DNA of 64,000 nucleotides from positions 7,656,454 through 7,720,453 of the forward strand of contig CAVNZM010000002.1 in assembly GCA_963693365.1 (NCBI GenBank), given 5' to 3'. Position numbers and translations under genes: made by a program. Source of the stretch: Amoebidium appalachense (lineage: Eukaryota > Protista > Ichthyosporea). Of this stretch, positions 12,697-36,960 are shown piece by piece (the first letter of the stretch is position 1; every line of letters starts with the position of its first letter). A model generated the notes under the pieces. The model was not told the DNA's origin. It saw nothing but the letters and a program-made list of their open reading frames with translations, and searched no databases.

Positions 12697-14795
12697 AGGG
12701 AGGGACTCCGAGGGGGGGGGGGGGGGGGGGAGTGTGTAATGTAGAGTGTTTTTGGAATCCTTTCGCTTTCAATAGCTGGGACAAAAGTTGAACCCTCACC
12801 TTTGGGACCTACCATTGCAATAGTTGTGGTAATCCGACCCTTCCCCCCCCCCCCCTCCCCCCTCCCCCCACCCCCCCCCACAACACACACCCACTCCCCG
12901 TCTCCTAAGCAGTTAAATATTCTGCTTCTCCAAAGGATTTGCAGCTTCATGAGTGTTGCATGTGATGTGGTGGAACGTGTGTTTGGCTCGTGTGTGACAT
13001 GTGTGTGTGTGTGTGTGTTTGGGTGGGTGGGTGGGTGGGGGGGGGGGGGGGGGGGGAGGAAAGGAGACGGGGAGCAGGAGCAAGTGCGATAATAACGATC
13101 AAGCATGTTTCAGTATCTAGGAAACCTGTGTTCGAGGGGGGCCCAACGATCAACAAACACAAGCACCGAGTAGGCATTACGACATTGGGGACATCCCATA
13201 CAGAGCCGTTCACTGCTCGGAGATGTTGCTCTTTAAGGTGGGGTGGGGGGTGGGTCTAGAATGTGTTAAAGAGTACAAAGTACGCATTCACGACGGAGAC
13301 AACAGAATGCGGCTTTTACGAAGAGCACATACAGACAATGCATCATAAGCTCCGGGGGGGGGGGGGGGGGGGGAGGGGGGTATTATTCAAACCCATCCCG
13401 AGGGGAAAGGTATGGGGAAGGGGGGTGAATCAGATCCCCAAGGGGGGTAAGGGCCCACGGTGGGGGTTCGTTTGGGGGGGGGGGGGGTATCATTCAAAAG
13501 GGATATATATACCTTTTCTCTCTCACCGGCACCATATGCCTGAGAGCACAGAGTGTCCATAGCAGTAGCAAGACCCATAGCCACCGTGTTGCCGGTGATG
13601 TTGAGAAACATAGTTGAAAGAGTGCCGGCACCAAGGGCCTCCTTCTCCGGTAGGTGGCCAAGGAACATCACATTAATGATACCTGGGCCCATTTGAAGCT
13701 GTGGTTGGGTGGTGTGACATTATATGTTAGTTGGTTTTCACGTTTTTGCAAAGATTTCTTCTCTTTGTGTGGATACATTTAAGTTTGGCTTGTTGGAATG
13801 GAAATGGTTCTTGCGAAGATTTTAGAAAGCTTATGGAAAAACAAACAGCAGATTGGGGTGGGGTGAGGTAGGGTGGGTGTGTAAGTGGGGGGGGGGGGGA
13901 GGTAAGGGGGGGAGGGGATGGTCACAGTTGCCGTGGTGGTGGAGTCCGGGTAGGTGTGCATTATGTTTGTGTACGTGGGCTAGGGAGGGTTGGTGGGTGG
14001 GTGGGTGGGTGGATTTTGGTGTGGTGGTGGTAGTTGGGGGTGAGGGGGAGGGGGAGGGGAGGATATGTTGAGGGAGGGGAAGAAATGTTGGGAGAGGGGC
14101 GGAGAATTCGAAGTCTGGTCTAGGAATTTGTATACAAGGAAAGGGAAAGGTTTGAAAGATCAAAGGGAGCAAAACTGTGCAACTGTGACCCTCAAAAGGC
14201 AAAAGCACACGAACCAACGATTTTCAAAAGATGTTTTGGGTGGTTTAGGGAGTGTTACATACACGATAACATGTTGGTATATGTACACAAACACAAAGAT
14301 ATACAGACGTAGACGTAACACACATTTTATCCCTTTTCACACCTAAGTGGCTAATCACACCTTCCATTTGGCTCTGGCTCAACCACCAGGCAGAAGTTTA
14401 CCCGTATACCACACACGTGTCCGAACTGTGCCAAACGCACACAAACACACTCCCCGCACACGCACGCACCCACGCACGCACACGTCCACGTACACACACA
14501 CACACACACACACGTGCACACGTACCAAAAATGTGCCAATGATGGGCCAAGACAGCGACCACGTCGACAGCAACTCTGCCCCCCATGTTTCCTCCTTTGC
14601 CCGGTTGGCGATAAGAGGGGTCGTTTCCTCACCAAAATCAGCGGGATAATCGGAAATCGACGGGTTCAAAACGTCAGCAACAGCGGCCACAGAATCACCG
14701 TTTGCAAACGAGCGCTGAGAAATGATACTCTCACGGCGGGTCTTTTGGGCTACCGAAAAACTCTCTCTGCGAGAGGGACGCCGGTTTTCAGGCAT
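10531..14795 (-). CDS. MATE-family (SLC47/DTX-like) multidrug and toxin extrusion transporter, ~530 aa; exons 14795-14526, 13698-13513, 12314-11717, 11069-10531
   Basis: Motifs MFLGHL, GLATAMDTLCSQAYGA, QKYLQTQG, EFWAFE, AASIRVGNFLGQG, SGILRGCGRQ and KGLWEG. GT-AG introns in phases 0, 0, 1. Total 1593 nt in frame. Confidence 0.95.
12347..12533. mobile_element. Tc1/mariner-type MITE (187 bp) in MATE intron 2
   Basis: 33-bp TIRs CAGTGCTTGCAC(C/G)GTC(C/T)TTCTGCACCAATC(A/G)GA with 3 mismatches. TA on both flanks. Confidence 0.88.
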
Positions 14796-15279
14796 GTTTG
14801 CGTGTGCACAAGATGATAGGCACCTATTCCAAGAGTCAAAAACAGGGAAATAAGAAAGGAAAAAACAAATTTCAGTGTGCAAGGAAAAGAAACACACACA
14901 CCACACAGAGCACCTCAAGAGGGACTGAGCACACAGGTGGCGAGGGTGATGCTCTTCACTGTTTGGCTAGACCCAAACTTTGGCCCGTGGACGGATAAAA
15001 AAGAAACACGGTCACCTGGCGTAGGAATGCGATGAGTAGCTGTTAGAGCAATATTATTGGGTGAAGTGTTCTACCAATCATATACGGGTTATGGCGGCAA
15101 TATGGCCAGGACCATTTTGCTCATTACTTATGATATTTACGCTTATAAGTATAAGAAAAAGAAAAATATTTCTTTCATGATACATGTGTTCTGTCCAAGT
15201 GAAGTATAATGCTTCATACTTCATTAGTAATTCTGTAGCTAACATGAGTATTTTAGTGTAATATTCGACAAAGCGCTGC

Positions 15280-15660
15280 GATTGGTTGATGGCGTAAGTC
15301 AATTACGATTGGTGGGTTTTGTATCAGGCCTTTACTTTATTTGGCCACAAAAGATCTGATTGGACTAGCGCTGAATTCCATTCTGTGATTGGTTCGATCG
15401 ATTGTTTACACCTAGCCGTTAGTCACCTTGAGTGCTGTCTCCCTGTTGCCGCAGGCTTGTAGACAAAGTCCGATTGCGCGTAATCGAATCTTGCTTTACG
15501 ATCAGCGAATGGTTCAAAATGACGTAACCCAGCCTACCAGTCAAAAGAGGACACGATCCGCTTGCCCAGAAATTTTTATTCAATGAAATTAAATGTTTGC
15601 TTCAAAATGTTTGAGCATTCCAATTAATCATTACATATTGAGCGATCTCATTGGTCATTA
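15280..15660 (-). promoter_or_regulatory. Cluster of CCAAT boxes upstream of the MATE gene
   Basis: ATTGG on the + strand at ~15281, 15308, 15360, 15388 and 15650, in microsatellite-free sequence 0.5-0.9 kb upstream of the ATG. Function is inferred. Confidence 0.4.
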
Positions 15661-16035
15661 CAGCCAGAACGGAGACGTCCCGCAGCGACGTCGGCCGCCC
15701 CGACCACTTACGTAAGCCAGCGGGTACAAAGCCTTGGATACTACCTAGCCATATATGGTAAGGCAAACAGTTCAACTGCTACACGCTGAACCCGTTTCGC
15801 CACGCGGTGAATCCCTTTCGCCCGGCCTTCAAGTCCCACGCCGGGTTTTCCGTCTTCTTGGGTGTCTCCCATCTAGCTCTTTTCTTTTGTGTTCTCCATC
15901 TATGAGCGTGTATCCATGGCCAGCACCAAGCCTGACGAGTAAAATAAATAAATAAATAAATAAAAAGTAACTTTGGGTGTGTTCGATCGGTCACACTACT
16001 GTACTTCCCTGTGCATTGCAAGTATCCCCTTGCAT

Positions 16036-16132
<97 letters not shown>

Positions 16133-16147
16133 CACACACACACACAA

Positions 16148-16187
<40 letters not shown>

Positions 16188-16710
16188 GCATCACGCGTTG
16201 AACTATGATTAGAGAATGAAACTCAAGCTTCGTAGGTGCTCACAACAGCCGCAAAGCGAAAAGTTTTTAACAATGTAACATTTCAAGTTGTCTGAGGCTT
16301 GTTTCTCGTCCACGAATTTCACTTGACAAATCTCGCACGTTCATAGAGAGTTCCCAATTTATGACCAATTCTCCATTCTGCCAATTGCAAACCATAATTG
16401 TTAGGACCACGATGACAGGCAGGCGGCAAGAGGTCACCCATATTAAACAGCAAAACTGAAAACGGGAACACACATTCAAACTCATACTAACATTAGCTCA
16501 CATTTCATGATCCTTACATTCTTATTATTGTTGCCTATCTACTGCACAGTCGTGTCTGCTGTTTATGCTTCTCTAATACTAGCCAGTTGATTAACGGTGC
16601 GTTCTCTATATCACCATCTACCTATACCATAATAATAATGCGTTTGTTACAGGACCTGGTGTTTGCAAAGCCCCAAGATTATTTTTTATTGGCTTGACAA
16701 TTCCTCCCCC

Positions 16711-16787
<77 letters not shown>

Positions 16788-16993
16788 CTCCTTGTCCAAC
16801 GTGACTCATTCATTCCATTCAATTTTCGTTCCTCATTTTTGGGTTTTCTTCGCCGGTTTCTCCGCTTTAATCATCTTACAACTTCACACACAGCGCATTA
16901 TGAGTTCATTAAAACCCCCTCCCTGAACTGAATCCCACTAAACCCTCTCCCCCCACCCTCCCCCCTATCCCAAGAAAACACCCCCCACACATT

Positions 16994-27244
<10,251 letters not shown>

Positions 27245-27786
27245 CTTCAAAGTTTTCCTCAAAACCCGGACGGTCACATTGTCACCAGTGCTCACAATGC
27301 GCTTGCCAACGGTTTCCTGATCATATTATATGTCAGTGACCCATTATCCCCGGGGTTATAGGGACTTTTTGTAGGTATGTGCATTAGTGACATGCCGCAG
27401 CTGGAGTCTTCAGCGGTTGAAGGCCTCGTCTGCACTCTGCAGGCAGAGGGCATGCGCATGATGCACGCACGCGTACGGGCTGTACGGTACGTCACACCGT
27501 GCGGTACTGTATTTACCACTGAGGTCTTAAGAGTTCTCCGTCGAGTTAATACTGATAGCTGTTAGCAAATTTTGAAATGTATGCATGGGCCTCGAGATCT
27601 GAGTGTACAGGCATGTTTTCGAATGTTGACAAATTGCGAGTGTGAACTCTTTCTGGAAGCCTCTCTCAGCTTTAGACTCTAGTAGATCTTCCCCTACGTA
27701 CACAGTCACATGCAAGAGTCAGACTCTATGATATTACATCGATCTCAGTATCCACGTGTACACACACTCTTTCTAGAATTCTCTAG

Positions 27787-27839
<53 letters not shown>

Positions 27840-27937
27840 CTCTTTCCCTTTCTGAGTCTCACCCACTCGAGCGCCGAGGCTCTAGATCATTCTCTCTCCC
27901 TCTAGCTCTTTCGAGCTCTATATTTCTCTAATTATTA

Positions 27938-28309
27938 GGGATTTTTGAATTTGAAATGGGGGGGAAGAGAGTAGTAAATATCGACGTCCCCCCTGGTGGT
28001 ACCCCCCCCCCCCCCCCGGCCCCCCCCCTCCCCCCGCGGATCATCCCCCTGCATGCCGCGCCGGCCTGATCATGCCAGTAAGTTAAAGAGTCTCCGAAGT
28101 TTCCACCCGCGAAAGAAGGTCCATATAGTATTCGTTTTGGCCACTGATATCAATGCATATATCCCGCTCCTCTTCCTCCCCCCCCCCCCCCCCCCCCCCC
28201 CCCCCGATACACACACACACATGCACACACTCACACGTACCACACACGCGCGCGCGCGCACCCATAGCCTACACACACGCGCGCGCATGCGCGGCCGTAC
28301 TACACACGT

Positions 28310-28357
<48 letters not shown>

Positions 28358-28372
28358 TGTACACACACAGTG

Positions 28373-28437
<65 letters not shown>

Positions 28438-28601
28438 TGCGCGCGCGCCCATGCATACACGCACACACCCATGCGCCCCCGTACACGCACACACACGCAC
28501 ACAGTGTCACACACACACACGCACACACGCACGCACACACACACACACTGCGCGCGCGCGCCCGTACACGCACATGCACACAGTGTCACACACCGTGGCA
28601 C

Positions 28602-28632
<31 letters not shown>

Positions 28633-29032
28633 GTCACACACACACACACACACACTCTCTCTCTCTCTCTATCTTCTCCCACCCGTTCGTGCCTTCCGGG
28701 GGGATGGGGGGGGGGGGGGAGGGCCGGGGGGCCCGGGGGAGTATGACCATACGGCATATCATCCTGAGTTGCAAGTGATCAAGGAATTCTAGTAGTTAGC
28801 CTCACTCAATGTTTACGAAAAAATTGGCTTTGTATCTAAACTGCTGCTGATTATAGTATTTTATGTGATCAGGTTAACTGATATATTTATAACTTTCACA
28901 TGATGTCAGCCTATGGGGTGGGTGCGTCCCCCCCCCCCCCCCTCCCAGGAGGGGAGGGGGGGGCGGGGGGTACCGGTGGACCCCCCCCCAAGTTACTACT
29001 ACCTCCCTCCCCGTTTCAAAATCAAGAATCCC
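27938..29032. mobile_element. Non-autonomous PIF/Harbinger-type element, ~1.1 kb, invaded by microsatellite
   Basis: TIRs GGGATT(T/C)TTGA(A/T)TTTGAAA(T/C)GGGG (24 bp, 3 mismatches). TTA on both flanks (27935-27937, 29033-29035). Inner GGTACC-(C)n / (G)n-GTACC symmetry. Confidence 0.8.
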
Positions 29033-29676
29033 TTAGATCTCTCTCGACCGTAGTTCCTCCCTCCCCCCCCCCCCCCCGCCCCCCTCTCCCCTTCCGGCCC
29101 TCCTCCCTCCCTCTCGGGACCTCCTCTGAGTCAGCTCCCTTTAATAACTATAGTTCTCCGTCGCCCCATGTAGAGTGTTCCCCCCCCCAACCTTCCCCCC
29201 AACCAATTCTCCCCCAGACCTGTCTTCATCGGGCGTCTTCTTTCTCTCGAGTCTCTTCACGCGAGTGTGTGTGTGTGTGTGTGTGTATGTTAGTGAATAC
29301 CATATGCGGTTGCGAGTTCACATGTGCGCGCGCGCGTGCACCCGTGTGTGTGCGCGTGCGCGCGGGGCTCAGTACATGTACATTTGTAGTAGTACACATT
29401 GTGTATTACGATGCAGCAGTGTTGCAATTGCATGGTGTTTCCATAACAAACTTTGTAAGAACATGTTCTTCAAAACAGCAAAAAACACAGCCCCAAGGTT
29501 ACACACGCTCCAGAATAGTATTATGAACTTATAATTATAAAACTACTTGCAATGGTGCATCATATCATACAGGGCCATCAGTCGCAGGGTTTGCAAGTGC
29601 ATGCACAAACTGCCACGCGTGCGCGTTACATGCATGTATATATCGTGCCGAGCGCACACGGTGACTTCAATAAAAA

Positions 29677-30169
29677 CTACTCGGCTGCAAACGGGCGGAA
29701 AAAATTCTGCGAAGCTGCCACGGGTCTATGAGAATACGGCAACAATTTGCCCAAATGGTTTAAGTAAGGAGGCCCATCTACGTTTCCTAAAGTTGTTGCT
29801 CCGTCCGGTTTCTCATGCGACTGTGTGGTATAATCCGACGATGGAGAGTAGCTCTCATATTCGACTTTCCTGTAGATCTGAGACTCCCTCCCATCCGAAA
29901 TCTCATGATCATTCTCCGTCCTATCGATTAGCATTTCCGATTGCGATCGCTTGCTGGGATGATAGGAGGTTTTCGGCTCCCACTCCCGCGACATGTTCTT
30001 GCTCATGCGGGTATCGTCCTGGGGTTGGCCCGGCCCGATATTGATCCGATCCGAATAGGTGTCGCTGGCTCGCATTCTCTGCTGCTGCGCCATGCGTCGC
30101 CGTTTGTGTTGGTATTTGAGCCCGCACGCGTTGCAGCGGTTCACCTACAGGGGAGGGGGGAAGGGGGGA

Positions 30170-30209
<40 letters not shown>

Positions 30210-33008
30210 CAGACAGCAATCGAGAGGAACTGGCATTCAATATTGCTTCTCACACATCGTATCTTTTGCCCCATCCTTAGTGCATGTGCATTTGCACTGC
30301 CATTTGGAAATATCAAAATTGATGTTTTTGTGCTTTGAAGTTCCAAATAAAATGCTAATGCACAGATCTTATGATTATTGGACTGAGTGCCCCCCCCCCC
30401 CCCCCCCCCTCCCTCCCCCCCCCAAAAAAAAGAAAAATAAAAAATAAAAAGGTCGCATTCTTATTCCACGCTCAAGGTAGGCGGGATGGTGATCGTGGTA
30501 GAGGCGGTATGGTGTGATAACGTGGGTGCCCCACGATGTGTGTGTGAGTGTGTGTGCACACGCGTGGGCGGGTGTATGTGTGCACACACAAATGTGTGTG
30601 TGTGGGCGCAGGGGGAGTGGGGGATGGGCCGGGGGAGATCTACCTGACCATCCGGGCCTCGCCTCCACTGGGGGGTGTCTGACCGACCGCATTCCACACA
30701 GTTCCTGGGCCCCTCTGTCGGGTATGCCTCCACCTCCTCCCCCATCCCCTGCCCCCCACCATGCTGCTTCGAATTTGCTTTCTTCCCTCCCCGTTTACCG
30801 CCGCGTTTTGGCCCGTCAACACCCACATGCGGCACATCCGGTGCATCGGTCATAGACACATAGTGGCTCCTGTTTGTGTGTTCATCGCGGCACGAGGGGT
30901 TGTCATGTTGTGCGTGCATGTAAGGGCGGGTGGGAGGGGACATGCTTGCATGCAGTGTTTTGTCTTCCACTAAAGTTGCCCTCCTTTCCTCCTGACTGCG
31001 GCTTCTGCGTACTGGCCAATCCTCGCGGCCATCATACGACTCTGACTCCCTCATCACCACGTCCTGATCATCTGATTGGTGGCGCGTCACTCGATCGCCC
31101 ATGCCGGGACGATTTGATTGGACGGCCTTGTCGTGCGTCGAAGCAGGGCAGGAATATCCATCGCTAGATGATCTATGAGCGGGATTTTCCCCCCATGTGG
31201 GGCTGGTGTGTGGCCGCGATGGTGGAGGCCTATGGAAATTTGGCTCTGGGGGGACATTTACACTCGAGCGGCGGTATGGGTGGTGTATGTGTTGCTGGGA
31301 CGAATAGCCGTCGGCGGTGTGATGGGGGGGGCGATTGGTTGGTTGGGGGGGTTCGCTTGGCTCTGGGGGGACATTTACACTCGAGCGGCGGTATGGGTGG
31401 TGTATGTGTTGCTGGGACGAATAGCCGTCGGCGGTGTGATGGGGGGAGCGATTGGTTGGGTGGGGTAGTTCACGCTCGGAAATTGAACTGGGAGTATCCC
31501 GTCCTCGTGCCCCGTACTCATAACTGTGAGAAAATACGTTATAAGGTCGGTTTGGGGGATTCGTGCACGGGAAAAAAAAACCTTCGCACGAGAGAGGGTA
31601 AAATAAAAATAAGGCATCACGTGCACATATCTTTTTTTGTTTAGGTGCATATGCTAACTTAGTAGTAATGAAGGCTGTGGGCCTAAACACGTACATTTTT
31701 TTGCTCCCCCCCCCCCCCCCCACCCCCCAAGCCCCTACCCCCAATCCGCTTCCCCCCCCACCCCCCCCCCCCCCCCCCCCCCCCCGGGGGGCCTTCTCCC
31801 CTTTCGGCTCATCAGTGGCCCAATCTTTCTCCCCTAAGGCTTTGCCCTCTCTCGTGCCTTCTATTCTCTCTTTCGCTCTCACTTTCTCTCGTCTCATCCT
31901 GTGATGTGTGTACGCATGTATGTGGCAGTGACCGACCACGTGCGAGCGCTGGTTTGTGTCTGTGTGTACGTGTTTGTGTGTGTGCTCGCATCGTACATGT
32001 GCACGTTTATGTGCATGTGAAGCACACGAATGTTGTCGTGTCACAGTGTGTGCCGCATGGTAAATTGTATCGGATTGTGTGCATGCAAGAGGTAGATGGG
32101 GTGAAAATTTCGCACACGCACATAGTAGATATGCATGAATTTCGTGCATATGCAGTTTTTAACTTAGTCAAAGTGTGTTCCGTGGTAATGGTGGTGGTGG
32201 TTTTAGCCGGGGGGGGGGGGGGGGGGGGTAGCGCACCGTGGCGCACACACACATACACACACCTGTGTCTGTCTCTGCCATACAGTGAATCGGCGCTGCT
32301 ATACCGGCGCACCAATGGGGCGGCCCTAACTGGACCCCCCTCCTCCTCCTTAGACCCCGACCCATAGACCCCCCCATGTCGGCTGCCAGGCAAAAATTCA
32401 CGTGCTTCGGGTAAGAGGAGAGAAGACTCCGATCTGGCTCTGCCGTCATACGGAGGGTTCGTGGATTCACGAACTTGCGGGCCATATCGCGGCACATTCC
32501 TATTGAAAATTTTGCCGAAGGGGGGTCCTTGGGCCACCGGCTCTCTCTCCCTCGGTAACGGGCTGTGCTGCTGGGACATACTTCGGCCAAGAGCGGGGGG
32601 ATCCAAGTGTGGGTCCTCATATCCCGGCTGCGGTCTATCCCACACTTCCCTGGGAGCCTCCATCGGATAGCGCTGCAAATTTCGATGTGAACCCCCACTC
32701 TGTTCGTCGTGCACACCATATTCACTGACGTAGGTTTGTGACTGGCCCCCTGTGTGAGCATTTGGGTGGGGTTCAATTTGATGCGTGTGGTGGTAAGATG
32801 GTAGTGCCTCCTGAATTTTCATAGACCCCCCCTCCTCCTGAGGACTCGGAAAGCCTCCGTAGTGGCCTGGGGTCAAGCTTATTGATGATCGGCGCCGTGG
32901 CGGTGGGTGGGTGTAGGGGGACCTGGTACTTGCTGAGCTGGGCAAGGGTGGGTTTTGTCCGCTGCAGGCACGATGGTAAAACTCTGGTGAGTGCCGCTCT
33001 GCCGGCAT
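29677..33008 (-). CDS. GATA-type zinc-finger transcription factor, ~697 aa; exons 33008-32263, 31523-30644, 30144-29677 (start codon uncertain)
   Basis: Spliced finger CVECGRSDTPQWRRGPDGQ|VNRCNACGLKY is C-X2-C-X18-C-X2-C, followed by basic HKRRR. The remainder is low-complexity. Intron phases 2 and 0. Confidence 0.9.
31241..31470 (-). repeat. In-frame 117-bp tandem duplication within GATA exon 2
   Basis: PTNR(S/P)PHHTADGYSSQQHIHHPYRRSSVNVPPEP occurs twice, with starts at 31241 and 31358 on +. Confidence 0.95.
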
Positions 33009-34781
33009 CAGATGATGGGAGCTGTGATGACATGGAGATTGTGAGAAGCTTTAGGGGAGAGAAGGAAGGTGGGTAGTCACGGTCACGGGACCCGGTGGTG
33101 TTTTTCTTTTCTTTAGTCAACTTTCTTTTTTTTTTTTTTTTTGCGGGAGGGGGAGAGTAGGGGGCTGAGGGGGAGGGGGGAGGGAGGGGGATGGATGGTT
33201 TAGGGAATGAGTGGGCGCCGGTAGGAGAACACTGCAGGTGATAACTGACCTATAACTGATTCAAGGGGAGACACGCCCGGGGGGGGGGGGGGGGGGGGGG
33301 GGGGGGCAAGGGGGAGATGAGAAGGGATGAGGATGGGGGATGAGGATGAGAGTGGGGGGAGGGGAGGGAAGCCGCAAAAGTGTCTTGTAACGGCACTAGC
33401 GAAGAACAGAGTATGTGGCAAGCCATTGGATTCCTGAGCCTCAGGGGCGTCTCGACTTGAAGCCTTCGTAATACACATATATGCCAATATATTTTTATCT
33501 GATGCGAAAGGGTGACTAATGCAACAAAGTAGCTGGTAGTCGGTCACTGAACCCGGTTTAGGTACTAGTAGTTTCAATCGTCGGCCTACGGTTCTATTGT
33601 AACTCGAGGCTAAGGTTCCAAGCATCTTTTGCATCACGTCAGCTCAAGAATGATCATACAAGCGAAATGCTTTGAGGGAAATCTGTTGTCTAATGCATTA
33701 CTCACTCATCGTGAAAAATCATTTGTGCATCTATTGGGTAAAGACTCTGGGAATGGACACCTTTTGGAATAAGGCTCAAGGTTACAAAGGAAAAAGGCAG
33801 CCGCTGGTGACCGACGGTGTGTAACACACTGACTTAGGAGTTACCTTAATGGCTTATTAACAGACGCATGCACTAGTGTACTTTGAACTGTGCGCGTGAC
33901 TTGTGACAGGTGATAGGCGACAAATGAGCACCCAGCAAGCATTCAATAAGGCGCACATATATAAGCAAAACACAACGGTTTGCAAGTGAGCTTTGTGCAT
34001 GACACTGTCAGATCGTGCAGCTGCCTAAACAAGCATTGACGGCGTATGCACGTCATTGCAGACCGTAACGCGGTGGGGCAAACAAGCGAGCAAAAGCGCA
34101 CACCATCTTCAGACCGTTTTTTTGAAAGCCAAACGTCACGGTGTGCAGTAAACAGCGTCCTGGGGCAGCCGCTATGAAAAAATAAAAGAACATACAAGCC
34201 AACGGGTTAGTAGTTCTTGCGTGACAGGGGGCAATGCCAAGCGATTGGACAGCTGTGCGCACGTACCTCTGCGTGGTTCTGACTCCGGAAACATGACCCT
34301 CCTCAACAGCCAGAGGGAATGAGAGAGTGCGCTGAGTGCGCTCAGCTTGGTGTTGCATGTTGATGGTGGCACGGTACTGCGATGTCACAAGTGCAGGAGT
34401 GGAAAGATGACCGCTACCGCTACCGTGCACCAGGTGAAAGGGATCACTGTTTGCAGGTGCGTTGGAAAGTCATGTTTGTCCATTAACGCTATACATATGC
34501 CAGTGAACGTACTGTGACCTCAGACCAAACCTTGACCAAGATACTTGCATCACGATCTTTCCATGGAACATGCAGCACGTTAGGGCCTCTAATATCGATA
34601 CTTCAACTGATGATTCTTAACAAAATTATCACTTGCTACTTCTACGAAACTCACATGTAGTCCGAGTCAGGCGGTAGAACCTACCTGCAACACTTACAAC
34701 ACCCACTCATTTTATATCTGCTCGGCGGGGTCAACTACAAAACAATATTTCACAGTGCAGGCCATGAGCTCACGAGCCGCG

Positions 34782-35467
34782 CAGGGCTAGAAATAACATT
34801 TTAGGATTACTGTATTTTGGCACCTGGCAGATCGCCGACAATTTTAGTCCGGAGATATTTACTTCTTTATAATTCCGTATATCTATCCGATAAGTGTATA
34901 CCTATCCGGCGCCGCTTCGGCCCCCCGGACCCCCGTATGATTCATTGGCAATATCATAATCTTGCGTTTATATTACTATAATAAAAAGCTTTCTGTCATA
35001 GCATTCCCAAATTTTATGTGTGCCTTATGTTTGAGGGCAATTTACTATAAAGTGATTATAAAAAGTTTACTATGTTGGCTGCGCCTTTCGAGCCTCACGA
35101 ACTTTTGAACTATATATTTTTCTTTTGACTGGATTTATTCGACGGAAAGATATGCATCTCTCTGAAAATTTATAATGACTTTATTGATATGCTCAGCAAA
35201 ATAGAAGCCATCTATCTGAAAATTTGTAAATTGAATGTAATACGAAATACAACAAGCCCCGAAAGCAAACAAAATTTGATATCGAGTGGATAACACAACC
35301 TGCATTTTCCATATGCCGGCAATCTATCCGGATATGGACTGGTCATGAGATATAATGCGGTATTGAGATAACTTTTTGGTGATCGCAAGTTCCAGTGTTT
35401 TCCCAAGAAAAACTTTTTTCTTTTGACTGGAAAAACCGAGAGTTCCAGCTTTGGGCGGGCGGGCGGG

Positions 35468-35509
<42 letters not shown>

Positions 35510-35622
35510 TCTTCTTTTTATTTACTTCCCAAACCTCCAACTCAAGTGGAACCAGCTTTACTGGTACTTTCTGAAAATTAACGGTATATTTACTTCCAAA
35601 AACAGTGTAATTTCCTGCCCTT
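34782..35622. mobile_element. Older non-autonomous hAT-type element, ~840 bp
   Basis: Imperfect TIRs CAGGGCTAGAAATAACA / (rc) AAGGGCAGGAAATTACA. The 8-bp flanks GAGCCGCG and GAGCCTCG match at 7 of 8. Confidence 0.6.
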
Positions 35623-36729
35623 GAGCCTCGGCGAGTTGTCGAGAGACCTCATTGGTCACCTCAACTGCGGGGTCACACACGTGAGCTTAATAACAAACAA
35701 AGAACATTCCGTTCCAAACTTGGCAATGTCGATGAGATCCAATCAATGATGTCGACAGTCGATCTACGGATAGTGGCACTGTGCCGTCACAAAAAAAACA
35801 TATGCTGTTGTACAACTACAGTAAGGTGCATCGGCTCTGAGCGCCATCTGTCATACGCTACATAGATATGCAAGTATTCAGGGCCCACGTGACTGTATAC
35901 ATTCATGTCTGCAAAGACATTTATATGAGTATGACTGACAATGACGACATGTCAGTGATGACGTCACTACAATATCGCCGTGCGTGAGACAGGCTGAGAA
36001 GTCGAAAGAGATAGATCTAGGGGGGCCAGGCATACACACCCTGGTGACGTCGATCGTCAAGAACCCAAAAGACGCCCCTAACCATTTGAGAAATCATGTG
36101 TGTCCACTGATATTCAATAATGTTTATAGCGAATCCCTTTTCAAGGAATATATCTCCTCATGGGGCCACGCAGCTGCAGGAAAAAACCCACCCCCATTCA
36201 CCTTTAACACCCTGTTACTCCAGGGCTAGTGCCAGATCTAATCTGGCTCTCAGCCGTACGTATCTACGTCAAGGAGGCTCCCTCGGAGCCTCCGGCCATC
36301 ATTATAGTCTGCCACACCTAGCACATAGTAGTGACAGGAAAGCCCGTGTAACAAATGGCTTTCGTGTACGCATAATCCATGTATTCTATAGGTACCTACT
36401 CGGTGAATGGGGACCTTAGGCGTCTCGAAAGTACTCGAAGTGATGGGCAATAAGCAAATCACTGTGCGCGCTGGCACTTGAAGACATTCCTTTGTATCAT
36501 TCCGTGTCATGAAGGTGGATCCGCCTGGCCGAACTTGGTGAAATGCGGCGGCTTATGCCAGTCTAGCAGCATTCGAACAATATGTGCCCAAAAACCACAA
36601 ATTGGTGCACAGAATCAGATTGGCGCAAAATACACACAGCCCGAGGAAAATTTACAATGACCACTTTCGTAATCATTCTTATGCCCTTTTATACAGCTGA
36701 AACGCACACTTTGGCATGTCGCTCTGGCC

Positions 36730-36960
36730 CAGGGCCTGAAATTACAGTGCCACTTGGACCTAAAAGCGCCATCTGAAACCCGAAAAAAGCCACTTGCAAT
36801 GACATGGAGCGCCAGGTCCACTGAACTCAGGGCCAGTGGACCTAAACACCATAATATATATATCCCAGTAGAGTGGAAGTGGAATATGGGCAAAGTTGCC
36901 AAAATACATATGCGCCACCTTTCAAACAAGCCAGCGCTTCTGAACATATTTCAAGCCCTG
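36730..36960. mobile_element. hAT-type MITE (231 bp)
   Basis: TIRs CAGGGC(C/T)TGAAAT. Perfect 8-bp TSD CTCTGGCC (36722-36729, 36961-36968). Internal hairpin AGGTCCACTG-N10-CAGTGGACCT. Confidence 0.88.
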
